Source of the DNA: an uncultured Nitrososphaerota archaeon
GTDB lineage: Archaea > Thermoproteota > Nitrososphaeria > Nitrososphaerales > Gagatemarchaeaceae
Reading direction: 5' to 3'
DNA: 64,000 nt
Assembly: GCA_963718895.1 (NCBI GenBank)
Contig: CAVRAG010000008.1
Span: 928,001-992,000 of the forward strand
Position numbers and translations under genes: made by a program. How positions within the stretch are numbered: position 1 is the first letter of the stretch; the number at the start of each line of letters is the position of its first letter. Below the pieces are notes generated by a model. The model saw nothing but the letters and a program-made list of their open reading frames with translations, searched no databases and was not told the origin of the DNA. This document shows positions 1 through 9,549 of the stretch, piece after piece.

Positions 1-154
1 CCCTGTCGGCGTCCTTCTTGGTGTAGAGGGGCTTCTTCGTGATGGTGGCCAGCTCCCTTCGAAATTCGTCCCCTTTGGCGCGGACCTTTACCTGGTACTC
101 CGACCACTCCTTCAGCTTGTTCTCCATCTCCTCTTTCGAGTGCTGTGCGACCAA
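1..154 (-). CDS. Partial hypothetical protein (runs off window start)
   Basis: Manually read minus frame from TTG at 154: MVAQHSKEEMENKLKEWSEYQVKVRAKGDEFRRELATITKKPLYTKKDADR..., open to base 1, charged-helical composition. Confidence 0.55.
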   Translation of the reverse strand, partial: MVAQHSKEEMENKLKEWSEYQVKVRAKGDEFRRELATITKKPLYTKKDADR

Positions 155-256
155 TGCTAATCCCCGCCGACCTTATGGGTTTCCGGTTATTTACGTGGTT
201 TACTCTGGCGATCCTAAGCAGGTCGGAAGGAGCGAGGCAGCCCGCAAGGGAAACGG

Positions 257-388
257 CTAGGGATGCGGCACAGGGACGGGGTCCGTGTCGGAGTGCAGAG
301 CCGTGTTGTGAGCGATGAGCTCTTCCTGGGAGTTGAACGCCGCGCCGCACTGCAGGCACTTGTAGTCCGCGAAATCGGATCTCTCCAT
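257..388 (-). CDS. Small C2H2 zinc-finger protein
   Basis: YKCLQCGAAFNSQEELIAHNTALH matches C-x2-C-x12-H-x4-H; ATG at 388. Confidence 0.75.
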   Translation of the reverse strand: MERSDFADYKCLQCGAAFNSQEELIAHNTALHSDTDPVPVPHP

Positions 389-634
389 TCTCGACACCAG
401 TGAAGGTCTTGCCCGGACTCGATAGCAGTGAAGCATCACTCTTCGCTAAGATTCCTCTGCAGGCCGCGCCTCCCCCGGACCTCGGGCAGGAGTCCTACTG
501 AGTCCCGGCTTTCATGCCTCTGCAGGCCGCGATGGAGCTCGTCGCGTCGGAGACGATCGCTGGCGGGTCCGCTAGGGATGGACCCAGCGGCGTGCCATTG
601 CAGCGACCTGCCCGTCGTGCCTGGCCCGAAGTAG

Positions 635-1057
635 CTAGGATCGTGTCTCTTCCATGTACGTGAGCATCCATTCGTTCCCGAATCTGTCGACCAGCTGGCC
701 GTAGAGGCCGCCCCAGGACGCAGGAGCCACGGAGAACCCGACCCTTCCACCCGCCGAGAGCTTCGCAAAGAACCTCCACATCTCCTGCTCGCTGGCGCAC
801 TCGAGAGCGAGGGCCATCGTGTTCCCCTTCAGCAGCCCTCCCTTGGGAGCCATGTCCGACCCCAGGAGCTCTATGCTCCCGCTCGTGAGGCTGGAATGGA
901 AGACGTGGTTTGGGTTCTCGGTCGGCATATGGCTCTTCTCCGGCGACTCCGCGACGGTCATCAGAGTCAGTTCCCCTCCGATGCACTCCTTGTAGAACTG
1001 CATCGCCTCGCGGCAGTTTCCGTTGAACCTGAGGTAGGGGCTTACCCGGGTCGCCAT
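635..1057 (-). CDS. VOC/PhnB-like glyoxalase-superfamily protein
   Basis: PYLRFNGNCREAMQFY ... WGGLYGQLVDRFGNEW are PhnB-family motifs. Confidence 0.85.
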   Translation of the reverse strand: MATRVSPYLRFNGNCREAMQFYKECIGGELTLMTVAESPEKSHMPTENPNHVFHSSLTSGSIELLGSDMAPKGGLLKGNTMALALECASEQEMWRFFAKLSAGGRVGFSVAPASWGGLYGQLVDRFGNEWMLTYMEETRS

Positions 1058-1244
1058 CCTCGTCTCCCTGCGCATCCTAGACTGGGTGCTCACGCCCATG
1101 ACAGAAAATCCGCTGGAACGTTAACTGTCTAATCGAAGAGAGATAGGTAGGCGGATTACATTGCGCGCCTAGGCTCCGGACAGACGATGAACGGGTGGAA
1201 GGAGCCGCTCCATCTGCTCGACTGTGGGAGATAGTCGCGCGCGG

Positions 1245-1868
1245 CTAGGCGGGGACGTAGTACGCGCCGCGGGCACACGGGCCGCAGAGAGGCATGCCGT
1301 TCACGACGATCTCCTTCCCGTCCATTATCTCGTCACCGCACTCGGCGCAGGGTACGTTCGGCACCTTCATGCGGGAGAGGAAGGGAGCGGCGCCCACCAT
1401 CGTGACCCTCTCGACGTCGAAGAGCTCCTCGGGCTTCATCTTCATGAACGCATTCTTGGATACCTTCCTGTCCAGGTGCGATCTCGGCTCCACCTCCTCG
1501 CCCTCCTTGAGCAGCCCGTCCCTGACCGCCAGGTCCCTGGCGCGCCTTGGGAGGTCCCTCTTCGTCGCCACCCTGAACCCCATCCCTGTTGTACCGTCTA
1601 AGAAGACTGCCGCCGATTTCCCGTAATCGAGGACCCTCAGCCTTCTGCTCCCGGCGCTGCAGCCGGTCGCCACCTGGATCCCGTCGACGGGACACTTGTT
1701 GTTCTCGACTATGACCATGAGGTTGGCCCTCTCTTCCGGCGCCTCCATCTTCAGGAGCCGGAGACCCTCCAAGCCCATCTTGACGCCCAGCGGGAGACCG
1801 ACGCAGAGATGTCCCCTGAGCTTCGCTGCCTCGCCGACAAGGGCGTCGAAACCATCCGATTCGATCAT
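1245..1868 (-). CDS. fmdE: FmdE-family protein (formylmethanofuran dehydrogenase subunit E-like) with C-terminal zinc finger
   Basis: RGHLCVGLPLG, ENNKCPVDGIQVATGCSAG, DYGK and C-terminal CAEC...CGPC. Confidence 0.85.
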   Translation of the reverse strand: MIESDGFDALVGEAAKLRGHLCVGLPLGVKMGLEGLRLLKMEAPEERANLMVIVENNKCPVDGIQVATGCSAGSRRLRVLDYGKSAAVFLDGTTGMGFRVATKRDLPRRARDLAVRDGLLKEGEEVEPRSHLDRKVSKNAFMKMKPEELFDVERVTMVGAAPFLSRMKVPNVPCAECGDEIMDGKEIVVNGMPLCGPCARGAYYVPA

Positions 1869-2047
1869 ATCCACCGGACCTCGCGAAGGAAGGGGGTTAA
1901 CTACCCTTGGGAAGAACGATGGGTCGCTCGTGGATTGAAGAGCCCCGCCTCGAAGGCATAGGCCCACGGCGGCATGCAGAGATGCAAACAATAGAATAGG
2001 ATACTCGTAAATAGAGATATGGGCTGCTTCGCCGCGTCCGGATAGCA

Positions 2048-2917
2048 TTGAAACAAGCGGATTTCGTCGAGGTGATGAACGGACTCCTCGCCAGGGGCGA
2101 GCCTTTCGCGGTCGCCACCGTCGTCAGAATCGAAGGCTCGACACTCGGCAAGCTGGGGTTCAAGACGATCATCTCGAAGGAGGGAGAGGTGCTCTGCGGG
2201 TCGCTGGGAGGCCCCTGCCCGGAGTCAGCGATAGCTGAGAAGGCCAAGGAGACGCTCAGTTCGGGAACCCCGAGGACCGTCGAGGTCTTCCTGGAGAACG
2301 TCGAGGACGCCGTCGGACGGATGGTGACGGTCCAGGACAAGGACGAGGTCCACCTCGAGACCAACTGCGGCGGGAAGATGGAGGTCTTCATCGAGCCCTA
2401 CGTCCCGCAGCAGAGGATCCTACTGGTCGGCCAGGGCGGGAGGAGCGACGTCGAGGACTCCCTTGTCAGGTTTGGGAAGATCCTCGACTTCGAAGTCATT
2501 GTCGTGGATCACAGTCCCGTCTTGACAGAGGAGCCGGACCAGCTCATCGATGATCTGGACTTTGACATCGCCGGCTTCAAGTTCTTCGAGTCCGATTCGG
2601 TGGTGGTGCTTACCCACAGCGAGAGGGACGTCGACGTCCTGCGAGCGCTCTCAGGCTTCAAGCTGAGATACGTGGGCCTCCTCGGAAGCCGGCAGAGGGT
2701 CAAGGAGAACCTGGACGCCCTGCGCTCCAGGGGAGCGGAGGAGAAGTTCGTCTCCTCAATCAGGGCCCCAGTCGGCGCTGACATCGGCGCGAGGACGCCC
2801 TCGGAGATCGCGCTCAGCATCATGGCCGAGGTCGTCGCGACGAAGTACGGGAGGAAGCTTCTCCGGAAGGACGCTGCGACGGCGGAAGGACTGGTACCCA
2901 CCAGCGGCGCAGGGTAG
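2048..2917 (+). CDS. xdhC: XdhC/CoxI-family Mo-cofactor chaperone
   Basis: AVATVVRIEGS, GSLGGPCPE, NCGGKMEVFIEP, YVGLLGSR, APVGADIGARTPSEIALSIMAE. Confidence 0.9.
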   Translation: MKQADFVEVMNGLLARGEPFAVATVVRIEGSTLGKLGFKTIISKEGEVLCGSLGGPCPESAIAEKAKETLSSGTPRTVEVFLENVEDAVGRMVTVQDKDEVHLETNCGGKMEVFIEPYVPQQRILLVGQGGRSDVEDSLVRFGKILDFEVIVVDHSPVLTEEPDQLIDDLDFDIAGFKFFESDSVVVLTHSERDVDVLRALSGFKLRYVGLLGSRQRVKENLDALRSRGAEEKFVSSIRAPVGADIGARTPSEIALSIMAEVVATKYGRKLLRKDAATAEGLVPTSGAG

Positions 2918-2985
2918 GACCTGGCCTCACCCGGGCCATGCCGAAGAAGGTTTAACCGAACGAAGGCGCGCCCGCAGGCAGAATC

Positions 2986-3807
2986 ATGCCCAGCACACTC
3001 GTGAAAGACGCCCTTGAAGAGGTCCTCCTGAGGATTGGGAAGAAGAGGGACGAGATCAAGGTCAAGGAGCTGGTCGTTAGCGTCCTCTACACGGCTGTCA
3101 GGCTCTCCTCCGACGACATCGGCTTTGCCTCCACGCCCCTCTCTGACCTTCCGGCCGAGAGCCGCGAGTTCTTCTCCAGGGCCGGGACCCTGACCGACCT
3201 TCCCGTGGGCGAGCTCGCGGAGTTGGCCCAGTCTTGGGATTTCAGCGAGCGCGTGATAGGAATAGCCGCGCTTAACGCGCTATCGCAGCTGGCGGTCAGG
3301 ACCAGAGGTGACGACATCGTCAGGAGCTACGGGGACGTCGTGGACATGGTGAAGGTGGGGATGGGGGACACGGTTGTCGTGGTTGGGAACATGCGCCACA
3401 GCGTGGAGAAGCTCAGAGCCCGTGCGAAGCAAGTCCTGGTTCTCGAGAGAAGCGTCGGTCTCAGGGACGAGGGCTCGTATCCCGACACTGCCGGAGAAGA
3501 GGTGATCCCCAAGGGCGACCTGGTCTTCATCACCGGCGCGACCCTGTGCAACGGCACGATAGACCGCATCCTGGAGCTGAGCAGGAACGCGCGGGAAGTC
3601 GTGATGCTCGGGGCCACGGCCGGCATCTTTCCTCCGCCGGTGTTCGAGAAGGGCGGTACCGCCGTCGCCACGATGGAGATCCTTGACGCTGAGAAGGCGA
3701 TGAGAGCGATATCTCAGGGCGGCGGAAAGCCGGCGCTTATCAAGAACGCCCGTCTCGTGGTCTTCAGGCCCCGGAAGAGACTACCTCGAGCTGGCATCAG
3801 AAGCTGA
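2986..3807 (+). CDS. DUF364-family Rossmann-like protein
   Basis: IGIAALNALSQ, VVVVGN, DLVFITGATLCNGTIDRIL, MLGAT. Confidence 0.85.
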   Translation: MPSTLVKDALEEVLLRIGKKRDEIKVKELVVSVLYTAVRLSSDDIGFASTPLSDLPAESREFFSRAGTLTDLPVGELAELAQSWDFSERVIGIAALNALSQLAVRTRGDDIVRSYGDVVDMVKVGMGDTVVVVGNMRHSVEKLRARAKQVLVLERSVGLRDEGSYPDTAGEEVIPKGDLVFITGATLCNGTIDRILELSRNAREVVMLGATAGIFPPPVFEKGGTAVATMEILDAEKAMRAISQGGGKPALIKNARLVVFRPRKRLPRAGIRS

Positions 3808-4159
3808 AGACGGCGTCCGCCTGCAGCATTTTCTGCCTCAGCTCCTCCCGGGATGCAACCCCGAACCCCCCGTCGAGCTCCGACTCGGATATTCCTTCTT
3901 CCTCGAGTGACTCGCTTTCCACGTAGAAGAGGTGGCCCGCTGCGTCCTTCGGGAGCAGCTCAAAGAAGTCCTGGGCGTAGGACCTGTCGACTCCCTTGAG
4001 CGCGCACATGACGCCCTTCCCGAGGTGGGCTATGGTGATGTCGTGCTCGTCGGTCCCCCCGAGGATCCCGAGCGCCATCCTGAGGCCCTCGACGTAGTAG
4101 GACGTGCCGACCGGGGGCCTGAGTATCGAGATGAAGACCTTCTTGCGCAACCATGACAC
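3797..4159 (-). CDS. dsrF: DsrF/TusC-like sulfur-relay subunit
   Basis: LRPPVGTSYYVEGLRMAL, YVESESLEEEG; third gene of a DsrE-family triplet. Confidence 0.7.
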   Translation of the reverse strand: MSWLRKKVFISILRPPVGTSYYVEGLRMALGILGGTDEHDITIAHLGKGVMCALKGVDRSYAQDFFELLPKDAAGHLFYVESESLEEEGISESELDGGFGVASREELRQKMLQADAVFSF

Positions 4160-4420
4160 CTAGAGGAAGTTTACGACCTTCTCTTCTTCCATCATCGCCA
4201 CGAGGTCCTCGTAGCCTATGATGCGGACAGAGGAGGGTATCCTCGACCCCAGGCCCCTTCGCATGACGTCTTCCTCCATGACGTACAGCTGGGCTGGCGT
4301 GCGGACACTCGTCGCTGAGTAGACGGCGTCCTGGAGGAGGACCAGTCGGGCGCCGGCGTCCCCGGCCGCGTAGGAGACCGCGACATCGACGAAGGGCTCA
4401 TCCACGAGATAGACCGTCAT
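4160..4420 (-). CDS. dsrH: DsrH/TusB-like sulfur-relay subunit
   Basis: LLQDAVY and EEDVMRRG motifs; IGYEDLV. Confidence 0.85.
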   Translation of the reverse strand: MTVYLVDEPFVDVAVSYAAGDAGARLVLLQDAVYSATSVRTPAQLYVMEEDVMRRGLGSRIPSSVRIIGYEDLVAMMEEEKVVNFL

Positions 4421-4433
4421 AGCTCGTCGGACC

Positions 4434-4787
4434 TCAAAGGTTTATGATCCTCTCGCACTTGCTGACCATCTCCCCCGCCTCGGTCGCGCCCGTCACCTGG
4501 ACCCGCTTCAGGTACCCCTTTCCGTCCTCGAGTCCCCGGTTGTCAGTGCAGGTCAGGCACGCAAAGACTTGGGCGCCTTTGTCGAGCAGGGAGTCGAAAT
4601 GGTCTTTTGGGAGCTTCTCCATCGCCGAGAAGTCCTCGGCCGAGAGCGCGTTGTACACCCCGTCCATGTAAAGGAAGACAGTGACCGTGTCCGACCTGCT
4701 CAGGGCTGCTTCGGCTATCTTGTATGCCGTCTCCCAGCGCTGGGTCTGATAGGGGCCGCGGCGGAGGACGATCCCGAAGTCGGTCAA
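4434..4787 (-). CDS. dsrE: DsrE/TusD-like sulfur-relay subunit
   Basis: RGPY, VFLYMDGVYNA, ACLTCTDNRG (persulfide Cys region). Confidence 0.85.
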   Translation of the reverse strand: MTDFGIVLRRGPYQTQRWETAYKIAEAALSRSDTVTVFLYMDGVYNALSAEDFSAMEKLPKDHFDSLLDKGAQVFACLTCTDNRGLEDGKGYLKRVQVTGATEAGEMVSKCERIINL

Positions 4788-4910
4788 ATCGACTCGAAGG
4801 GTTGAAATCCTTCGGATAAGCGTTTCCCGGAGTTGCCCGAACAGGCTGATCCCGCGCCGGGTACGGAAGAGCTGAAGAACTTCCGAATCCGGTCGAGGAC
4901 TTGATTCACG

Positions 4911-5450
4911 TTGACCAGCGAAGACGATTCAGCCGTCGAGGGCGAGCATTCTGTCTTCCTCTTCGAGCACTTCCGGGACGGGATGAGGGCCGAGGACGCG
5001 CTCATCAGCGCGGGATTCCACACCCATTCAGGCGCCCCGCCACCGGACGTGAGGACCGGCTGCGACCTTTCCGTCTCGGTGCCGACCAGCGAGACGGCAG
5101 CGGCGGAGAAGAAGCTGCTGGAGAAGGGGATCAAGGTCTGGGACGTGATCTTCAAGTTCAGCGGATCCCTGCCAGAGCTGCAAATCAGCAAGCTCGTGAA
5201 GAGGGTGGACTACGGCGACTACGTCATGATAAGGGTCGGGAACATGAAGCTCACCTATCAGAAGAAGACGGGAGTGATAGTCAACATCTCGGGCGGAGGC
5301 TGTCCGGACATCCCCCTCCTTGCAGTGAAGATGATCGGGAGGAGCCTGCAGGACGTCACGCCCCCCGCCCAGACCGGCTTCACGCTCTGCGCCTACACCC
5401 TCCAGAAAGCATACGAGGTGGCGCTCAGGCAATGGAGAGAAGGCGCCTAG
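4911..5450 (+). CDS. DUF3343-domain Cys-rich protein
   Basis: MRAEDAL...APPPDVRTGCDL, NMKLT, NISGGGCPDIP, GFTLCAY. Confidence 0.7.
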   Translation: MTSEDDSAVEGEHSVFLFEHFRDGMRAEDALISAGFHTHSGAPPPDVRTGCDLSVSVPTSETAAAEKKLLEKGIKVWDVIFKFSGSLPELQISKLVKRVDYGDYVMIRVGNMKLTYQKKTGVIVNISGGGCPDIPLLAVKMIGRSLQDVTPPAQTGFTLCAYTLQKAYEVALRQWREGA

Positions 5451-6326
5451 ATGCTCCTACTCTCCGGGACGCTGCCTTCGGCTGACGTATCCATCACAGT
5501 CGGGCGGGTGAAGCTGGAGGGAAGGCGGATGAGCATCGGCGACACGGAGGTACCGCCGGAAATGCTCTCGATCGGCGCGACCGCGATGATGGCCGCCGCG
5601 CTGAAGACGACCGAGGCTCTCGGGGTCGAGCCTCCGATGAGTGTGGTAGCCGGGGACCTTGGCGACGGCGCCGGGTCGAAGCTGGTCTACAAGTTCCTTA
5701 CCGAGGAGGCGGGCGGTCTCGGTCCGTCGATAGTCACCCTCCACTACATACTGCCGCTCAGGAACGAGTTCCTCGGCTTCGTTGAGATGGCCGACTACTG
5801 GGCGAAGAGGCCGTTTCTGGTCGCAGACGCCGGGGCGCTTCTCATCGCCAAGGCGACGAAGGTCTGCGACAAGTTCGACCTGTTCACACCGGATGCCGGA
5901 GAGATATCCTTCCTTGCCGATCCAGATGCGGGTCACCCAGCGTACGTGAAGGCCGCACTCTTCGAGGTCGATACGACAGACGTCCCAAGGTTGATCGCGG
6001 CGGCCTACGCCGCAAAGAACACCCCGCGGTACCTTCTGGTGAAGGGGCCCACCGACTACATTGTTGAGGACGGGAAGATCCTGTTCACGGTATCGGAACC
6101 GAGCATACCGGCCCTGGAGCCAATAGGAGGGACCGGAGACACGCTGACCGGGATAGTCTCGGCACTGATATCGGGAGGGATCGACCCCATCAAGGCAGGC
6201 TTAATCGCGTCCAAGGCCAACAGGCTAGCCGGCGCGCTCTGCAATCCGACTCCCGCGACGAGGGTCTTCGAGGTCGTCGACCAAATTGAGGAAGCGGTCC
6301 GCAAAACGGTGGATGAACAGCGGTAG
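5451..6326 (+). CDS. YjeF-C/ribokinase-fold carbohydrate kinase (NAD(P)H-hydrate dehydratase-like)
   Basis: GDLGDGAGS, VADAG, FTPDAGE, LLVKG, IGGTGDTLTG anion-hole motif; directly follows DUF3343. Confidence 0.8.
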   Translation: MLLLSGTLPSADVSITVGRVKLEGRRMSIGDTEVPPEMLSIGATAMMAAALKTTEALGVEPPMSVVAGDLGDGAGSKLVYKFLTEEAGGLGPSIVTLHYILPLRNEFLGFVEMADYWAKRPFLVADAGALLIAKATKVCDKFDLFTPDAGEISFLADPDAGHPAYVKAALFEVDTTDVPRLIAAAYAAKNTPRYLLVKGPTDYIVEDGKILFTVSEPSIPALEPIGGTGDTLTGIVSALISGGIDPIKAGLIASKANRLAGALCNPTPATRVFEVVDQIEEAVRKTVDEQR

Positions 6327-6380
6327 CCCTGATTCACAGACAGGTCCAGGCCATAGATCTACCTCAGAACGGAAACTCCC

Positions 6381-6591
6381 CTAGGCGTTAGTCTTGCGGG
6401 CCCTGTGAGAGAAGGACAGCCAACCAATGATGACCATGCCGGCCACCAGCACGACCGATGTCGTCAGAGCTACTTCGAAGACGCCCGGGTCGAACCCCAC
6501 CACCGCGAATGCGTAGAGGAAGACGGCCCAGGTAAGAACCCAGGACAACCGCTGTCGTGACCAAGAGAACTACAAAGCGCCGGTCTACCAA
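6381..6591 (-). CDS. Small two-TM membrane protein (one apparent frameshift near 6528)
   Basis: LVDRRFVVLLVTTAVVLGSYL continues after removing one G as AVFLYAFAVVGFDPGVFEVALTTSVVLVAGMVIIGWLSFSHRARKTNA*. Confidence 0.55.
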
Positions 6592-6777
6592 CGAACTCGC
6601 AGGACGCTCCGGTCTGCTATAAGAGTTAACGTAGCATCGAAGGATGATCAGTGATTGGCTCGACATACCCATATTGCTGACCCCAACCAAGGCGCGAAAA
6701 CGCCGATTAGGGGGGTAACGTTTTTACCTTGACGAAACCGGCTCCCATATATATCAGACAATCGCTCTCCTCCATCC

Positions 6778-7137
6778 ATGGAGAAAACAGTCGCGGTAGA
6801 CGCTGAGCGAGCTGCAGCGTCGATTCCCAGCGAGAGCGGCGACTTTCAAGGGCATGCGAATCACACCGTCGACTGCAGGGATCAGCTCTGCCCGAAGCCC
6901 ATCCTGATGGTCAAGAGGTCGCTCTCAGAAGCGCTCCTCGGTGAGGTCCTCGAGGTGATAGTCAACGAGCACGTGTCCAAAGAGAACGTCCTCAAGTACT
7001 GCTGGAACCACGGTCAGGAGGTATTCAAGTCATACGAGAGCGGCCCTGACTTCCACATCTTCGTGAAGAAGTCTCCCGAGGTCAGGGTCGAGAAACCGAT
7101 GCCCGTAATAGGCCCGTGCGGCGCACGGTGGGATTGA
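6778..7137 (+). CDS. tusA: TusA/SirA-family sulfur carrier
   Basis: VDCRDQLCPKP (CPxP motif), GEVLEVIVN; extra C-terminal GPCGARWD. Confidence 0.85.
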   Translation: MEKTVAVDAERAAASIPSESGDFQGHANHTVDCRDQLCPKPILMVKRSLSEALLGEVLEVIVNEHVSKENVLKYCWNHGQEVFKSYESGPDFHIFVKKSPEVRVEKPMPVIGPCGARWD

Positions 7138-7170
7138 ACACATCCGAGCGTCTCTGGAAGTGCGATAACA

Positions 7171-8055
7171 ATGGAAGAGTTTTACAGTTTCGTCGGAAAG
7201 AGGCTCGCCGAAGGGAAGCGAGTCGTAGTAGCCACCGTCATCGAGGCGGAGGGGTCGGCCCCGCAGGGCGGCGGAGCAGCGATGGCGATTACCGAGGATG
7301 GCCCGATTGCTGGGACCGTGGGTGGGGGTTGCGTTGAAAGGTACATCGTCAAGTCCTCAAGAAAGGTCTTCGCAGACGGCAAGACAAGGATCGAGGAGTT
7401 CAACCTCGGGGACGACAGCTGGTCCGGGATCGGGATGTCCTGCGGCGGAAAGGTGAAGATGCTGATGCAACTAGTAGAACCGGTTGAGAGGCTCATTGTC
7501 TTCGGCTCCGGAGGAGTGGCGAGGAGCTGCTGCCAGATCGCGAAGATGATGGGCTACGACGTCATAGTGCTCGATCCCTTCGCAGACAAGGAGTTGTTCC
7601 CGGGCTGTGAGATCTACACACAGGGGATACTCCACAAGATCGAGGAGATACCGATAACACCGTTCGACAGTATACTCATGCTGACGGACCACCGCTACGA
7701 CTTCGAGGCACTCCAGAAGGTTCTGGGCTCCAAGGCGAGGTTCATCGGCATGATCGGCAGCAAGAACAGGGTCAACCAGACCTTCAAGCAACTCCTGGAG
7801 ACTGGGGTGCCTCTCGAGAAGCTCCTCACGGTTAACGCCCCCGTTGGGCTGGACATTGGAGCGGTCTCGCCTGCGGAGATTGCCGTCAGCATAATGGCGG
7901 AGGTGATACAGGCCCGGAAGGGCGGCTCCCTGAAGCATCTTCGCCTCACGGGGATTCTAGAAAAGCCTGAGAAGCTGCACGCCTCGAATGAACCTGCGAA
8001 GGAAGAGACGGAGGCCGCCATGGAAGTACCTCCGGCGGCGTCGAAGCCCGAGTAG
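7171..8055 (+). CDS. xdhC: Second XdhC/CoxI-family protein
   Basis: GSAPQ, GTVGGGCVE, GMSCGG, FIGMIGSK, APVGLDIGAVSPAEIAVSIMAE. Confidence 0.9.
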   Translation: MEEFYSFVGKRLAEGKRVVVATVIEAEGSAPQGGGAAMAITEDGPIAGTVGGGCVERYIVKSSRKVFADGKTRIEEFNLGDDSWSGIGMSCGGKVKMLMQLVEPVERLIVFGSGGVARSCCQIAKMMGYDVIVLDPFADKELFPGCEIYTQGILHKIEEIPITPFDSILMLTDHRYDFEALQKVLGSKARFIGMIGSKNRVNQTFKQLLETGVPLEKLLTVNAPVGLDIGAVSPAEIAVSIMAEVIQARKGGSLKHLRLTGILEKPEKLHASNEPAKEETEAAMEVPPAASKPE

Positions 8056-8088
8056 ACGGTCCTTCGGCGGGTCTGAAGCCGAAGCTGG

Positions 8089-9270
8089 TCAATTCTCAAC
8101 CAGATGGGGCCCTGCCGCTCGCTCTCGCCTTCTCCGGTCCCGTCTCCTAACGAAAAAGAGGGCCAGCAGGAGCGAGACACCGATGATGATGAGAGCCACC
8201 AGGTAGGCGAGGGGCGCGTCCAAGCTCGGTGAAGAGGATGTCGATGCTGCGGGGGCGCTGAGTACGATCAAGCTGGTGACGTCATCCTCGGTGATGTAGA
8301 GGCTTCCCGTGACCGGGCTGAAGGCCATGGAGGTTATGCCCGCGAACGAGATTCCTTCCGGCTGGTCCCCCGTCGAGTTCAGGATAACCTCACCGCTCGC
8401 TCCGTCGACCTCGTAGAGACTGTTCACACCGGGGTCGCTGACGTAGACATCGGGCGAGGAGCCGGCCGCCAAGAGCTGCGGGGCGTCTCCCAGATGGAGC
8501 TCGCGGACAATCTGGAACGTCCTGTCGTCTATGACGACGAAGTTGGGTGACGAGGAGTTCGACCCCGGCCCGGTCACGAAGAGGAGGTGCGTGCTAGGGT
8601 CGACCGCGAAGCTCATCGGCGCGACGGGTATCGGGATCGATCGGATCGCCGTCAGGCTGTCGCTGCTCACGACCGTGACGGACCCGCTGTGGTAGTCAGA
8701 GGAGACGTTCCCGATGAAGGCCTCGTGGGCGCCGGGGTCGAAAGCTAGCGCCGACGTATCACCCATCGAGACGCGCGACTCAACCGTGCCTGCCGAGGCG
8801 TTGATGACCCAGAGAGAGTTGCTGGCCGTATCCGCCGCGAAGAGGAGGTTCTGGGACTCGTCGACCACCATTGCGTAGGGCGTCCCTGCCCCGTCGATCG
8901 TCGAGAGAACCGTGTTGCCGGAGCTGTCGATGACCGAGACGGAGGCGCGCTCGCCCTGCGACACGTAGACTAGACCTGTGACCGAGTCGACCGCGACGGC
9001 GTAGGGGGAGGGCGTCGCGACCCTCCCGAAGACGGTGAAGGTGAGCGGCGAGAGGGTCACGGTGGTCCCGTTCAGGAAGAGCACCGTGTAGATCACTCCC
9101 GAGTTGGAGTTCACCGCGACGCCCCGCGGGACAGTGCCTAGGCCGACCGAGGAGAGCGTCGCTGTCGCGTTGCCCGACACCTCGCCCTCGGCGGAGAGCA
9201 GCGCGACGGAGGCCACCAGCAGAAACAGGGCCATCGCAATGACCATCGGCGGTGCGTGGGGGCGTGGCAT
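8089..9270 (-). CDS. Membrane-anchored YncE/YVTN beta-propeller surface protein
   Basis: Signal peptide, repeated P-x-x-VAVD...YV...SVSVID units, C-terminal TM plus poly-Arg. Confidence 0.8.
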   Translation of the reverse strand: MPRPHAPPMVIAMALFLLVASVALLSAEGEVSGNATATLSSVGLGTVPRGVAVNSNSGVIYTVLFLNGTTVTLSPLTFTVFGRVATPSPYAVAVDSVTGLVYVSQGERASVSVIDSSGNTVLSTIDGAGTPYAMVVDESQNLLFAADTASNSLWVINASAGTVESRVSMGDTSALAFDPGAHEAFIGNVSSDYHSGSVTVVSSDSLTAIRSIPIPVAPMSFAVDPSTHLLFVTGPGSNSSSPNFVVIDDRTFQIVRELHLGDAPQLLAAGSSPDVYVSDPGVNSLYEVDGASGEVILNSTGDQPEGISFAGITSMAFSPVTGSLYITEDDVTSLIVLSAPAASTSSSPSLDAPLAYLVALIIIGVSLLLALFFVRRRDRRRRERAAGPHLVEN

Positions 9271-9549
9271 GATTTCACATCAGGGATGAACGCCGGCGCT
9301 ACCTCGGTCTGAAAGCCGTCGGGAGAATCCGACCTTCGACGCTCGAGCGTGGACCACACTTGCGGGACAAACTCGGCGAACGATTTGGCGGGGTGGGACA
9401 CGCGCCCGAAGGCCGATACGTCATTCCTTCCGGACTCAGCCGGGTCGGAAATATAAAGGGAAGGGATGAATGCTCCGCTTTTGTCCGGAAGAGCGACCCC
9501 CGACCCTGGAGTCATCCATCTCGATTATATTCTGCGGATGAGCATGAGG

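Noticed and set aside
454-531. 15-bp direct repeat CCTCTGCAGGCCGCG
   Set aside because: Only two copies in a GC-rich intergenic stretch, with no associated ORF or structure
6778-7137. Selenocysteine read-through at the TGA ending tusA
   Set aside because: The TGA is not at a Cys-equivalent position, xdhC starts 34 bp later, and no SECIS is evident
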